Of a DNA stretch of 64,000 nucleotides, positions 38,704 through 48,719 are shown piece after piece. The stretch's first letter is position 1, and each line of letters begins with the position of its first letter. The stretch spans positions 736,001 to 800,000 of the forward strand of contig CAWHXD010000019.1 in assembly GCA_963833225.1 (NCBI GenBank), written 5' to 3'. This DNA is from an uncultured Chloroflexia bacterium (GTDB lineage: Bacteria; Chloroflexota; Limnocylindria; Limnocylindrales; CSP1-4). The notes below the pieces were generated by a model that ran no database searches, was not told the origin of the DNA, and worked only from the letters and a program-made list of their open reading frames with translations. Made by a program: the position numbers and the translations under genes.

Positions 38704-39432
38704 ATGCGCCGGACCGAGAGCGATGACATCTCCGCGGCTGCCCAGGAGTATCTGCTCGCCCTGCGCGTGATGGGCTCGGACGGCCGTGTGGCGACCTCGG
38801 CGCAGCTGGGGCGACACGTCGGCGTCTCCACGCAGGCCGCAAGCGAGATGTGCCGCCGGCTCGCGTCGGACGGACTCCTGGAGCCGTCGACGGGTCGCGG
38901 GCTCGTCCTCACGGGCGCCGGGCGTGCGGCCGCGGATGCCATCTTCCGGCGCCATGCGCTCCTCGAGTGGCTGCTCACCTCGGTCGTCGGCCTGACATGG
39001 GCCGAGAGCGACGTGGAGGCCGCCCGGCTCCAGGGCGCCCTGTCACCACGGGTCGAGTCCAGGCTGGACGAGCTGCTCGGCCACCCGGAGACCTGCCCGC
39101 ACGGCAATCCCATCGACCTCGACGTCGCGCACCGCCGGCCGGCCGGGACCCCGCTCAGCGAGCTCGAATCCGGTACCCGGGCGACCGTCCTGCGGATCAC
39201 CGAGGAGGCCGAGGAGGACGCGGGGCTCCTGTCCTACCTGGAGGCGCGGGCGCTGACGCCCGGAGCGCACGTCACGATCCTGGCCCGCTCGGAATCGCTC
39301 GACAGCCTGACGCTCGACGGACCGCGCGGCCGGGCGACCTTGGGCCTCCGCCCGGCCGCCCTGATCCGGATGCTGCCCGGCGAGGCCGATCCCGCGCTGT
39401 TCCACAAGGTCCCGGCGCCGCTCGGCGCCTGA
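38704..39432 (+). CDS. DtxR/MntR metal-dependent regulator with FeoA domain
   Basis: QEYL, RRHALLE, CPHGNPI. Confidence 0.9.
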   Translation: MRRTESDDISAAAQEYLLALRVMGSDGRVATSAQLGRHVGVSTQAASEMCRRLASDGLLEPSTGRGLVLTGAGRAAADAIFRRHALLEWLLTSVVGLTWAESDVEAARLQGALSPRVESRLDELLGHPETCPHGNPIDLDVAHRRPAGTPLSELESGTRATVLRITEEAEEDAGLLSYLEARALTPGAHVTILARSESLDSLTLDGPRGRATLGLRPAALIRMLPGEADPALFHKVPAPLGA

Positions 39433-39491
39433 GCCGGCGCCGCGGAGCTCAGACCCAGGGTCCGGACCCGATGGCCCCCTACAATCGGGGC

Positions 39492-40988
39492 ATGCCCTCC
39501 GACATCCGTGTCCGCATCGCGCCCAGTCCGACCGGACCGCTTCACATCGGCACCGCGCGGACGGCGCTGTTCAACTACCTGGTTGCCCGCCATAGCGGCG
39601 GAACCTTCGTCCTCCGGCTCGAGGACACCGACGTTGCACGGAGCACGTCGGCGTTCGAGACGGACATCCTCGACGGGCTCCACTGGCTCGGGATCACCTG
39701 GGATGAGGGGCCCGGGGTGGGAGGCCTCGGCGAGGTCGGCCCGTACGCGCCCTACCGCCAGATGGCTCGCCTCGACGACTACGCCGCCGCGGCGCGGAGG
39801 CTGCTCGAGCAGGACCGCGCCTATCCGTGCTACTGCACGCCGGCCCAGCTGGAGGCGGACCGCAAGGCGCAGGAGGCCGCGAAGGTGCCGGTCGGCTATC
39901 TCGGGCGGTGCGCGTCGCTGACCGCGGAGGAGCGCGCTGAGCGGGAAGCGGACGGCCGCCGTGGAGCCCTGCGCTTCCGGGTCCACACCGGCGTGGTCGG
40001 CTGGGACGACCTCGTGCGTGGCCGGGTCGAGATCGACACCGCCAACCTCGGCGGCGACTTCGTGATCGTCCGTGCCGACGGCACGCCCGTCTACCACTTC
40101 ACCGTGGTGGTCGACGACATGTCGATGCGGATCAGCCACGTGATCCGGGGCGAGGACCACGTCAGCAACACGCCCAAGCACATCCTGCTGTTCGAGGCGC
40201 TCGGGTACCCGCTGCCGTTGTTCGCGCACCTGCCGCTCATCCTCAACCCCGACGGCACCAAGATGAGCAAGCGCAAGAGCCAGACCGCGGTCGCCGACTA
40301 CGTGGCCCAGGGCTTCCTGCGCGAGGCGCTCGTCAACTACTTCAGCTTCCTGGGCTGGTCGCCGGGAACCGAGGAGGACGTGCTCGCGATCGACGAGATC
40401 GTTGACCGCTTCGAGCTGGACAAGGTCCACAAGGGCGGCGCCCGCTTCGACCGGGAGCGGCTGGAGTGGCTCAACGGCCAGTGGATCCGGAGGCTGGACG
40501 ATGACGACCTCGTGGACCGGCTGCTGCCATTCCTCGAGGCGGCCTGCGTCGCGGGCCAGATCGACCGGGAGCCTTCCGCGGACGAGCTCCGGGCGCTGCT
40601 GCCGATCGTTCGCGAACGGATCTCGACCCTTGCCGCGATCGTCGACGTGGCGGGCTTCCTCTGGAAGCACGACCTTGGCCTTGATCCTGTGAAGCTCGTG
40701 CCCAAGCGCTGGGACGCGGCCACGACCCGCGAGGGCCTGGTCGCCGCCCGCGACGCACTCGCGGCGCACGATGCGGTGACCTGGGAGGCCGACGAGCTGG
40801 AGCCGCCGCTTCGCGCCCTTGCCGAGGGACGCGGCTGGAAGGCCGGCGACCTGTTCATGGCGGTCCGCGTGGCGACGACCGGCCAGGCGGCCACGCCGCC
40901 ACTGTTCGACACGCTGGTTGCCCTCGGGCGGGACCGGACGCTGGCCCGCCTCGACGACGCCGCCGCGGTGCTGGCAACGGGCCCGTGA
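39492..40988 (+). CDS. gltX: glutamate-tRNA ligase
   Basis: APSPTG..HIGT, RGEDH, KMSKR. Confidence 0.96.
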   Translation: MPSDIRVRIAPSPTGPLHIGTARTALFNYLVARHSGGTFVLRLEDTDVARSTSAFETDILDGLHWLGITWDEGPGVGGLGEVGPYAPYRQMARLDDYAAAARRLLEQDRAYPCYCTPAQLEADRKAQEAAKVPVGYLGRCASLTAEERAEREADGRRGALRFRVHTGVVGWDDLVRGRVEIDTANLGGDFVIVRADGTPVYHFTVVVDDMSMRISHVIRGEDHVSNTPKHILLFEALGYPLPLFAHLPLILNPDGTKMSKRKSQTAVADYVAQGFLREALVNYFSFLGWSPGTEEDVLAIDEIVDRFELDKVHKGGARFDRERLEWLNGQWIRRLDDDDLVDRLLPFLEAACVAGQIDREPSADELRALLPIVRERISTLAAIVDVAGFLWKHDLGLDPVKLVPKRWDAATTREGLVAARDALAAHDAVTWEADELEPPLRALAEGRGWKAGDLFMAVRVATTGQAATPPLFDTLVALGRDRTLARLDDAAAVLATGP

Positions 40989-41014
40989 ACAGGCATCGTC
41001 TGCCGCAACACCAT

Positions 41015-41042
41015 GTGAACAGGGCGTGAACACGCCGTTAAC
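41015..41042. promoter_or_regulatory. PHO-box-like direct repeats
   Basis: GTGAAC 41015, GTGAAC 41026, GTTAAC 41037 (11-bp period). Confidence 0.6.
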
Positions 41043-41067
41043 CACGACGCCGGACCATCGCAGGCAC

Positions 41068-41763
41068 ATGGCCCGCACGATCCTCGTCGTCGACGACGAG
41101 ACGACCCTCCGCGAGACCCTCGTCGAAGCGCTGGAGCTCGAGGGCTTCCGGGCGATCCCGGCCGCCGACGGCCGGGAAGCGCTGTCCCAGTTCCGGGCCA
41201 CCCATCCGGACCTGATCCTGCTCGACCTGATGCTTCCCGAGCTGTCCGGGGTCGAGGTCTGCCGGATCATCCGCGCCGAGTCGCCCGTGCCGATCATCAT
41301 GCTCACGGCGCGCGACGGCGAGGTGGACAAGGTGGTGGGCCTCGAGCTCGGCGCCGACGACTACGTCACCAAGCCATTCAGCATGCGCGAGCTGACGGCC
41401 CGCATCCGGGCGATCTTCCGACGAGCCGAGCCGGCGGGCATGACCGACGGGCCGGCCCCGCTCCTGGATCTCGGCCGGGTGCAGCTGGATCTCGCCGGTC
41501 ATCGCATCCTGCGCGACGGCGTGGCGGTTCCGCTCAAACCCAAGGCCTTTGAGCTGCTGTCCTTCCTGGTGCGGAACCCGGGCCAGGTCTTCACCCGGGA
41601 CCAGCTCCTGGAGAAGGTGTGGGGCTACGACTACGCGGGCGAGACGCGCACGGTCGACGTCCACGTGCACTGGCTGCGCTCAGAGCTGGAGGAGGACGCG
41701 GCCAGGCCGCAGCTCGTGCAGACGGTCCGCGGCGTGGGCTACGTGTTCCGGCGGCCCGCCTGA
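41068..41763 (+). CDS. OmpR/PhoB-family response regulator (RegX3/PhoP-like)
   Basis: LLDLMLP, GADDYVTKPF, RTVDVHV, TVRGVGY. Confidence 0.93.
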   Translation: MARTILVVDDETTLRETLVEALELEGFRAIPAADGREALSQFRATHPDLILLDLMLPELSGVEVCRIIRAESPVPIIMLTARDGEVDKVVGLELGADDYVTKPFSMRELTARIRAIFRRAEPAGMTDGPAPLLDLGRVQLDLAGHRILRDGVAVPLKPKAFELLSFLVRNPGQVFTRDQLLEKVWGYDYAGETRTVDVHVHWLRSELEEDAARPQLVQTVRGVGYVFRRPA

Positions 41764-41783
41764 GCGCGCGTCCCCACCTGGAC

Positions 41784-41854
41784 GCAGGGTCCCTCCCCGG
41801 AGCAGGGTCCCGCCCGACGCGACGGTCCCGCCCGACGCGACGGTCCCGCCCGAC
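41784..41854. repeat. 18-bp tandem repeat x~4
   Basis: GGTCCCGCCCGACGCGAC units at 41806, 41824, 41842, degenerate at 41788. Confidence 0.85.
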
Positions 41855-41917
41855 CATGGCCCTCCCGGGCCATGGCCCGAGGTTGCGACGCGTGGGACAC
41901 TGGTCGCCTGCGGAGGC

Positions 41918-44002
41918 ATGATGCAGGTCGAGCGCGAGACAGACGGACCGCCGCACGCCGCCCCGGTCACGGACCTGGGCCCGGTTCCGCGTGTGCCGCT
42001 CGGCACCCCCTCCCCGGTCACGTCCCCGGGCATCGGCGCGCCCGATGGCTCCGCGTTCCCGCCGATCGGCGACTACGCGTTCCTGTCCGACGGCGAGGTG
42101 ACCGCGCTGGTGGCGCCCAGCGGCACGGTCGAGTGGATGTGCCTGCCGCGGTTCGATTCGCCCAGCGTGTTCGGGGCGATCCTTGACCGCGACGCGGGCG
42201 GGTTCCGGCTCGGCCCGGCCGACGTGATGGTCCCGGCGGCCCGGCGCTACCTGCCGGGCACGATGGTGCTCGAGACGTCCTGGGAGACCGCCAGCGGCGG
42301 GTGGGTCATCATCCGTGATGTCCTGCTCATGGGTCCCTGGCACAACACGGAATCGCGCTCGAAGACCCACCGGCGGGCGCCAACGGACTACGACGCCGAA
42401 CACGTGTTGCTGCGCACCGTCCGGTGCGTCAACGGCGAGATGCAGCTGACCCTCGATTGCGAGCCGGTCTTCGACTACGGACAGTCGGCCGGCGAGTGGT
42501 CCTACACCGCGGAGGATTACCACCAGGTGGTCTGCCGTGGTCCCGACGGAGCGGAGCTCACCCTCACCAGCGACTTCCGGATGGGGCTCGAGGGGCCGCG
42601 GGCCATCGCCCGATCGCTGATCAAGGCGGGCGAGACGCGGTTCGTCGCGCTGTCCTGGGGTGAGGGCCGACCGCCGCGGACGGTCGACGAGAGCCAGGAG
42701 CGGCTCGTCTGGACGGCGCACCACTGGCAGCACTGGCTGGCCAGGGGACGCTTCCCAGATCACCCGTGGCGATCGCATCTCCAGCGCTCGGCGCTGACGC
42801 TCAAGGGCCTGGCCTACGCGCCGACCGGGGCGATCGTGGCCGCCGCGACGACCTCGCTGCCGGAGTCGCCCGGAGGCGAGCGGAACTGGGACTACCGCTA
42901 CAGCTGGGTCCGGGACTCCACGTTCGCGCTGTGGGGCCTGTACACGCTGGGCTTCGACTGGGAGGCGAACGACTTCTTCTACTTCCTTGCCGAGCTTGCC
43001 GGCACCGACGGCGGGGTCCAGGTCATGTACGGCATCGGGGGCGAGCGAGAGCTGCCGGAGCGGACGCTGGACCACCTCTCAGGTTACGACGGCGCCAAGC
43101 CGGTGCGCGTCGGGAATGCGGCCTACGAGCAGCGCCAGCACGACGTCTGGGGCGCGATCCTCGACTCGTTCTACCTCCACACCTCGTCCCGGGACCGGCT
43201 GGACGATCGGATGTGGACCATCCTCAGCCGGCTCGTGGAGGAAGCCATCGAGGAGTGGCGACTGCCGGATCGGGGCATCTGGGAGGTCCGCGGTGAGCCC
43301 CGGCACTTCACGTCGTCGAAGGTGATGTGCTGGGTCGCGGCGGACCGTGGCGTCCGCCTGGCCCGCCTCCGCGGGGATCTTGCGATTGCCGAGCGCTGGC
43401 AGGCGGCCGCGGACGAGATCAAGGCCGACGTGCTGGCCAACGGTCTGGATTCACGGGGTGTCTTCACCCAGCACTACGACACCACCGCACTCGATGCGTC
43501 CCTGCTGCTCCTCCCGCTGGTGCGCTTCCTCCCTGCCGACGACCCACGGATCCGGGACACGGTGCTTGCGATCGCGGACGAGCTGACCGAGGACGGGCTC
43601 GTCCTGCGCTACCGGACCGAGCACACCGACGATGGCCTGGCGGGCCGGGAGGGGAGCTTCACCATCTGCTCCTTCTGGCTCGTCTCGGCCCTCGTCCAGA
43701 TCGGCGAGGTCGACCGCGGCCGGCGCCTGTGCGAGCGCCTGCTGTCGCTGTCCAGCGCGCTGGGCCTGTACGGCGAGGAGATCGAGGCGGAGACGGGCCG
43801 GCACCTTGGCAACTTCCCGCAGGCGTTCACGCACCTCGCGCTGATCAACGCAGTCATGCACGTGATCGACGCCGAGGGCCGCCACCCGATGTCGGGGTTG
43901 CACGCCTCGCCGTCCTCTGATGCGCGACGGGGGCGAGCGACGGCCGCCTCGATGGGGCCGCGGACGGAGGACGACCTTCACGGCGAGCGCCGGCGCCCCT
44001 AG
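41918..44002 (+). CDS. glycoside hydrolase family 15 (trehalase/glucoamylase-like)
   Basis: TTSLPE, RNWDYRYSWVRD, GIWEVR, GNFPQAFTH. Confidence 0.93.
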   Translation: MMQVERETDGPPHAAPVTDLGPVPRVPLGTPSPVTSPGIGAPDGSAFPPIGDYAFLSDGEVTALVAPSGTVEWMCLPRFDSPSVFGAILDRDAGGFRLGPADVMVPAARRYLPGTMVLETSWETASGGWVIIRDVLLMGPWHNTESRSKTHRRAPTDYDAEHVLLRTVRCVNGEMQLTLDCEPVFDYGQSAGEWSYTAEDYHQVVCRGPDGAELTLTSDFRMGLEGPRAIARSLIKAGETRFVALSWGEGRPPRTVDESQERLVWTAHHWQHWLARGRFPDHPWRSHLQRSALTLKGLAYAPTGAIVAAATTSLPESPGGERNWDYRYSWVRDSTFALWGLYTLGFDWEANDFFYFLAELAGTDGGVQVMYGIGGERELPERTLDHLSGYDGAKPVRVGNAAYEQRQHDVWGAILDSFYLHTSSRDRLDDRMWTILSRLVEEAIEEWRLPDRGIWEVRGEPRHFTSSKVMCWVAADRGVRLARLRGDLAIAERWQAAADEIKADVLANGLDSRGVFTQHYDTTALDASLLLLPLVRFLPADDPRIRDTVLAIADELTEDGLVLRYRTEHTDDGLAGREGSFTICSFWLVSALVQIGEVDRGRRLCERLLSLSSALGLYGEEIEAETGRHLGNFPQAFTHLALINAVMHVIDAEGRHPMSGLHASPSSDARRGRATAASMGPRTEDDLHGERRRP

Positions 44003-44610
44003 CTCTTGGCGAGGATCCGCTCCATGACCTCGGCCGCGTCCTCGGCCGCGTCGATCGTCTCCTCGAGGCTCTTGATCAGGTCGCGCTGCTTGATCACGTC
44101 CAGGGGATCATTGCCGGCCTCGAACAGGCGGCCGATCGCGGCTCGTGACAGCCCGTCCGCCTCGTGCTCGAGATCATGGATCAGCTCCAGGTGCGGCCCG
44201 ATTCCCTTGCCCCGCTCCAGCTTCGAGAGCGCCTCGAGCAGCTGGACGGCCTGGCCGGCGAGGATCCCGACCATGTGGCGCGCCTCCTCGGACGGGTGGC
44301 CGATCTTGTAGATCAGGAAGGTCTCCGCCGTCGCCTGGATCCCGTCGAGCACGTCGTCGAGGTGGATGGTCAGCTCGTGGATGTCCTCGCGATCGAAGGG
44401 CGTGATGAACGACCGCTCGAGGCGGACCCCGATCTCGGTGTCGATGGCATCGCCGGCCTTCTCGAGGGCCTGGATCTCGGCCACCCGCTCATCGAGGCGA
44501 TCGTAGGTCGCGACCATCGACTCCAGGCGGCGGGCTGCCTCGAGGATCGTCTGGCCGTCCTTGATGAACAGCTCGAAGAACTTCTCGTCGCGCGGGATCA
44601 GGCGGACCAT
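43999..44610 (-). CDS. DUF47 phosphate transport regulator
   Basis: FITPFDREDI, EHEAD; downstream of pit. Confidence 0.9.
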   Translation of the reverse strand: MVRLIPRDEKFFELFIKDGQTILEAARRLESMVATYDRLDERVAEIQALEKAGDAIDTEIGVRLERSFITPFDREDIHELTIHLDDVLDGIQATAETFLIYKIGHPSEEARHMVGILAGQAVQLLEALSKLERGKGIGPHLELIHDLEHEADGLSRAAIGRLFEAGNDPLDVIKQRDLIKSLEETIDAAEDAAEVMERILAKS

Positions 44611-44662
44611 GGCAGGCCTCCGGTGGCGGGCGTTTGGGGGAGGGCGTTCGGGTTGGAGCGGC

Positions 44663-45655
44663 TCATCGGAGACCGATGGCGTTGAGGATCAGCCAGGCCC
44701 CGGCGCCGACGATCCCGGCGGCGGGGATGGTGAGCACCCAGGCGATCAGGATCCCGCGGGCAACGCCCCAGCGGACGCCGCGCAGACCACGGCTCGAGCC
44801 GACGCCCATGATGGCGCTTGAGATCACGTGCGTGGTCGACACCGGCATGCCGAAGTGCGCGGCCACCTGGATGACGGTGCCCGCGGTGGCCTCGGCGGCG
44901 AAGCCATGGATGGGCTCGAGCTGCACGACCCGCTGGCCCATCGTGTGCATGATCCGCCAGCCGCCGACGGCCGTTCCCAGCGAGATCGCGGTCGCGGAGA
45001 TCACGATGACCCAGACGGGGACATCGATGCTGGGGATCACGCCCGCTGAGAACAGCGCGAGGGTGATGATGCCCATCGTCTTCTGCGCATCGTTGGAGCC
45101 GTGCGCCAGCGCCATCCACGCGGCCGAGAACACCTGGAGGATGCGGAACGCACGCCCCAGCGGCTTGCGCGCGAACCCTCGGAACGTCCAGGTGAGGATC
45201 ACCATCAGCACGAGGGCGCCGATGAAGCCAAGGACGGGAGAGCTGACCAGGGGCACGATCACCTTGTTGTAGATGCCGTCGAGCTTGAGCGACCCGGCCC
45301 CACCGGCGACAAGCGTGGCGCCGAGCAGCCCGCCGATCAGGCCGTGGCTGGACGAGCTGGGCAGCCCCAGCCACCAGGTCAGGAGGTTCCACGCGATCGC
45401 ACCCAACAGGGCCGCGGCGACCACGGTCTGCGTCGTCGTCTGCTCATCCACCAGGCCGCCGCCGATGGTCTTGGCGACGGCCGTGCCGAGGAAGGCGCCG
45501 ATGAAGTTGAACGCCGCGGCCATGAGCAGCGCGTGCTGGGGGCGCAGGGCCCGGGTCGCCACGGACGTCGCGATCGCGTTCGCCGTGTCATGGAAGCCGT
45601 TGATGTAGTCGAACGCCACGGCCAGCGCGATGACGGCGAACAGGAACAGCGTCAT
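44663..45655 (-). CDS. pit: PiT inorganic phosphate transporter
   Basis: NGFHDTANAIAT, HGSNDAQK, PVSTTH. Confidence 0.93.
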   Translation of the reverse strand: MTLFLFAVIALAVAFDYINGFHDTANAIATSVATRALRPQHALLMAAAFNFIGAFLGTAVAKTIGGGLVDEQTTTQTVVAAALLGAIAWNLLTWWLGLPSSSSHGLIGGLLGATLVAGGAGSLKLDGIYNKVIVPLVSSPVLGFIGALVLMVILTWTFRGFARKPLGRAFRILQVFSAAWMALAHGSNDAQKTMGIITLALFSAGVIPSIDVPVWVIVISATAISLGTAVGGWRIMHTMGQRVVQLEPIHGFAAEATAGTVIQVAAHFGMPVSTTHVISSAIMGVGSSRGLRGVRWGVARGILIAWVLTIPAAGIVGAGAWLILNAIGLR

Positions 45656-45829
45656 GTTCTGAATGAGAGCGTCCCTCCGCATCGCCAGGGGTTCGGGATG
45701 GCGACGAACGTAGGATACCGGTGGGCAATCTCCGGGTTGATGCCGTGTCAGCACCAGGGGTGGCAAGGGCCGCGGGCCGATCGGCGTCCTTCCCGGCTCG
45801 TGAAGCGGCCGACCGGTAGACTGCGCGCC

Positions 45830-47548
45830 ATGCGCCTCTCCCACCTGTTCTTCACGACGCTCCGCGACGATCCCTCCGAGGCGGAGATGCCGTCCCATCG
45901 CCTGCTGCTGCGGGCGGGCTACGTGCGCCAGCTGGGCGCCGGCATCTACTCGCTGCTGCCGCTCGGGTTCCGGGCCAACCAGCGAGTGGAGCAGGTGATC
46001 CGCGAGGAGCTCAACGCGATCGGCGGCCAGGAGATGGAGATGCCGGTCGTCCACCCGGCGGACCTGTGGCGCGAGTCAGGCCGCTACGACGCGATCGGTC
46101 CGGAGATGGCCCGGTTCAAGGACCGCGGCGAGCGGGACATGGTGCTCGCGATGACGCACGAGGAGGTGGTCGCCGACCTGCTCCGCGACATCGTCAAGAG
46201 CTACCGCCAGCTGCCGATGATCATCTACCACTTCCAGACCAAGTTCCGCGACGAGCCCCGGTCCCGCGGCGGCCTGGTCCGCGTCCGCGAGTTCGTGATG
46301 AAGGACTCGTACAGCTGCGACCGTGACGAGGCGGGCCTCGACGTGGCGTACTGGGCGCACCACCGCGCCTACACGCGAATCTTCGAGCGGCTGGGTCTGC
46401 GGGCCATCCCGGTCAGCTCCGACGTCGGGATGATGGGTGGCAGCCTGGCCCATGAGTTCATGTCGCTCAATCCCGCGGGCGAGGACGTGCTGGTCCTGTG
46501 CGAGACCTGCGACTACGCCTCCAACCGGCAGATCGCCCCAACGATTGCCGATGCGCCCGCCGCCGAGGCGCTCCTGCCGCTCGAGGAGGTGCACACCCCG
46601 GACGCGACGACCATTGACGCGCTCGCGGCCTTCCTCGACATCCCCACCAGCCGGACGGCCAAGGCGGTGTTCATGGTGACCGGTGATGGCCGGTTCATCG
46701 TGGCCATCGTCCGTGGTGACTACGACCTCAACGAGACCAAGCTGGTGAACGCGCTCAAGGCCACCGGCGGGCTTCGGCCGGCCCAGGTCGAGGAGATCCT
46801 CGCCCGGGGCATGCAGGCCGGCTACGGCTCGCCGGTCGGTGCCCGCGACGCGGTCGTCGTGGTGGACGATCTGGTGGCGAAGAGTCCCAACCTGGTCGCC
46901 GGTGCGAACAAGGTCGGCTACCACCTGCGCAACACCAACGTCGGCCGCGATTACACGCCGGACGTGATCGCCGACATCGCCAGCGTCCGCGAGGGCGACC
47001 GCTGCCCCAACGGCGACGGGACCGTGATCCTGCGGAACGGGATCGAGATCGGGAACATCTTCAAGCTCGGGACGAAGTACACGGAGGCCCTTGGGGCCCT
47101 CTACCTGGGCGAGGACGGCGAGCGGCACCCGATCGTCATGGGCTCCTACGGGATCGGCCTCGGGCGCAACGTCGCCTGCATCGTCGAGGACCACCACGAC
47201 GAGAGGGGCATCAAGTGGCCGGCCGAGGTGGCGCCGTATCCCGCGCACCTCGTGGCCCTCGGCGCCAACAAGGACCCGCGGGTGACCGAGACCGCCGAGC
47301 GGCTCCACCAGCTGGCCGCGGACGCCGGGCCGGCCCACGAGATCCTGTACGACGACCGCGACGAGTCCCCGGGCGTCAAGTTCGCCGACGCTGACATGCT
47401 GGGCATGCCCTGGATCCTCACGGTCAGCCCCCGCTCGCTCGAGGCAGGGGGGATCGAGGTCAAGAACCGCGAGACCGGCGAGAAGGTCGTGCGCCCGATG
47501 GAGGACGTCGAGGCGTTCCTCGTCGGCAGGTCCGCGACGCCGGTCTGA
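45830..47548 (+). CDS. proS: proline-tRNA ligase
   Basis: SHRLLLRAG, KFRDEPR, REFVMKD, GSYGIG; editing insertion. Confidence 0.96.
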   Translation: MRLSHLFFTTLRDDPSEAEMPSHRLLLRAGYVRQLGAGIYSLLPLGFRANQRVEQVIREELNAIGGQEMEMPVVHPADLWRESGRYDAIGPEMARFKDRGERDMVLAMTHEEVVADLLRDIVKSYRQLPMIIYHFQTKFRDEPRSRGGLVRVREFVMKDSYSCDRDEAGLDVAYWAHHRAYTRIFERLGLRAIPVSSDVGMMGGSLAHEFMSLNPAGEDVLVLCETCDYASNRQIAPTIADAPAAEALLPLEEVHTPDATTIDALAAFLDIPTSRTAKAVFMVTGDGRFIVAIVRGDYDLNETKLVNALKATGGLRPAQVEEILARGMQAGYGSPVGARDAVVVVDDLVAKSPNLVAGANKVGYHLRNTNVGRDYTPDVIADIASVREGDRCPNGDGTVILRNGIEIGNIFKLGTKYTEALGALYLGEDGERHPIVMGSYGIGLGRNVACIVEDHHDERGIKWPAEVAPYPAHLVALGANKDPRVTETAERLHQLAADAGPAHEILYDDRDESPGVKFADADMLGMPWILTVSPRSLEAGGIEVKNRETGEKVVRPMEDVEAFLVGRSATPV

Positions 47549-47567
47549 CCAGGACGGATCCCGGCCG

Positions 47568-48683
47568 ATGCCCGGCCAGCTGGTTCCTGACGACGACCTC
47601 TATGCGCGGCTCGAGGTTGCGGTGGAGGCCTCGCCGGAGGCCATCGAGCTTGCCTGGCGGGCGCTGCTCAAGCGCCACCATCCCGATATCGCGGGCAGCG
47701 GCGAGGCCGCGCTCGACCGGGCCAAGCGGATCAACGTCGCCCATGACTGGCTGAGCGACCCGGACCTGCGTGCCCGCTACGACGAGGTGCGCCTTGGCCT
47801 GGGCGTGGCTCCCGGCGCCCGGGTTCGTCGATCCGGCTACCGGCCGAGGGTGTCGCGGGCGCCCTGGGCGCGCCAGGCAGGCTCACGGGCGACCGCGCGC
47901 GCCGGCGCTCGCGCGACCACCCGAACGGATTTGGTTCGCGGCGAGCCGGCGCAGCGGCTCGCGCGGTTCCTCGACCGGGTCGCCCGGCTCACCCCGGACG
48001 AGCTGGACCGGATGGCCGCCGCGGAGCCGCCGCCCATCGCCTTCCTCGCGACCGTCCGCCGTTTCCTCACCCCGGACGCGATGGGCTCGTTCTCGGCCGT
48101 CGAGGCCGAGCTCGCGCGTCGCGTGCCGCCCGGGCGGTGGGCGGAGATCGGCCTGCGCGAGGGGTTGCTGGGCGTGGCCGCGGAGCTGGCGCTGACGCCG
48201 TTCCTCGACGACATGCTCGCGGATCCGTTCCGGAGCCGGGCGCGCGAGCGCCTGCTGCGCGCCTGGGACGCGTCGCTGGACCAGCCGCGGTACGGCCCAA
48301 ATGGCGACGGGGTGGTCGCCGTCCGGGACCGGGCCGTCATGCTGACCCGCGAGGAGCTTGCCGCGTTCCTCCGCGCATCGCAGGGAATCGCCGGCGACGA
48401 CCGCCCGTGGCCCGAGGCGCTGGACCCGGACCAGGATGAGGCCCTCCGAATCTCGGCGCTCCTCGCGGCGCGCGACGTGGCGGCCGCGGTGCCCACCGAT
48501 GGCCTGCCACCCGCGGTGGCCACGCGATCGCGGCGGCTGGCGGCGCGCGTCGGTCACCTGACCGCCCTCCAGCACGCGTTCCCGCCGGCGATCTTCGCGG
48601 CGCTCGTCGCGCCCTGGACGGAGGCAACCGGGACCACGCCCCGGGGGCCCGCCCGGGACCCGGGAATCCGGCGCACCCGGTGA
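47568..48683 (+). CDS. J-domain protein with unknown helical C-terminus
   Basis: DLYARLEV..KRHHPD..INVAHDWLSDP..RARYD. Confidence 0.85.
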   Translation: MPGQLVPDDDLYARLEVAVEASPEAIELAWRALLKRHHPDIAGSGEAALDRAKRINVAHDWLSDPDLRARYDEVRLGLGVAPGARVRRSGYRPRVSRAPWARQAGSRATARAGARATTRTDLVRGEPAQRLARFLDRVARLTPDELDRMAAAEPPPIAFLATVRRFLTPDAMGSFSAVEAELARRVPPGRWAEIGLREGLLGVAAELALTPFLDDMLADPFRSRARERLLRAWDASLDQPRYGPNGDGVVAVRDRAVMLTREELAAFLRASQGIAGDDRPWPEALDPDQDEALRISALLAARDVAAAVPTDGLPPAVATRSRRLAARVGHLTALQHAFPPAIFAALVAPWTEATGTTPRGPARDPGIRRTR

Positions 48684-48719
48684 TCGCGCGAGCGGCGGCG
48701 CGGCCCGGCGCCGTATGCA

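Noticed and set aside
39234-41330. Long antisense ORFs (e.g. 698 aa here, also 47883-49805 and 9616-11292)
   Set aside because: Shadow ORFs of real genes in high-GC DNA, with no motifs.
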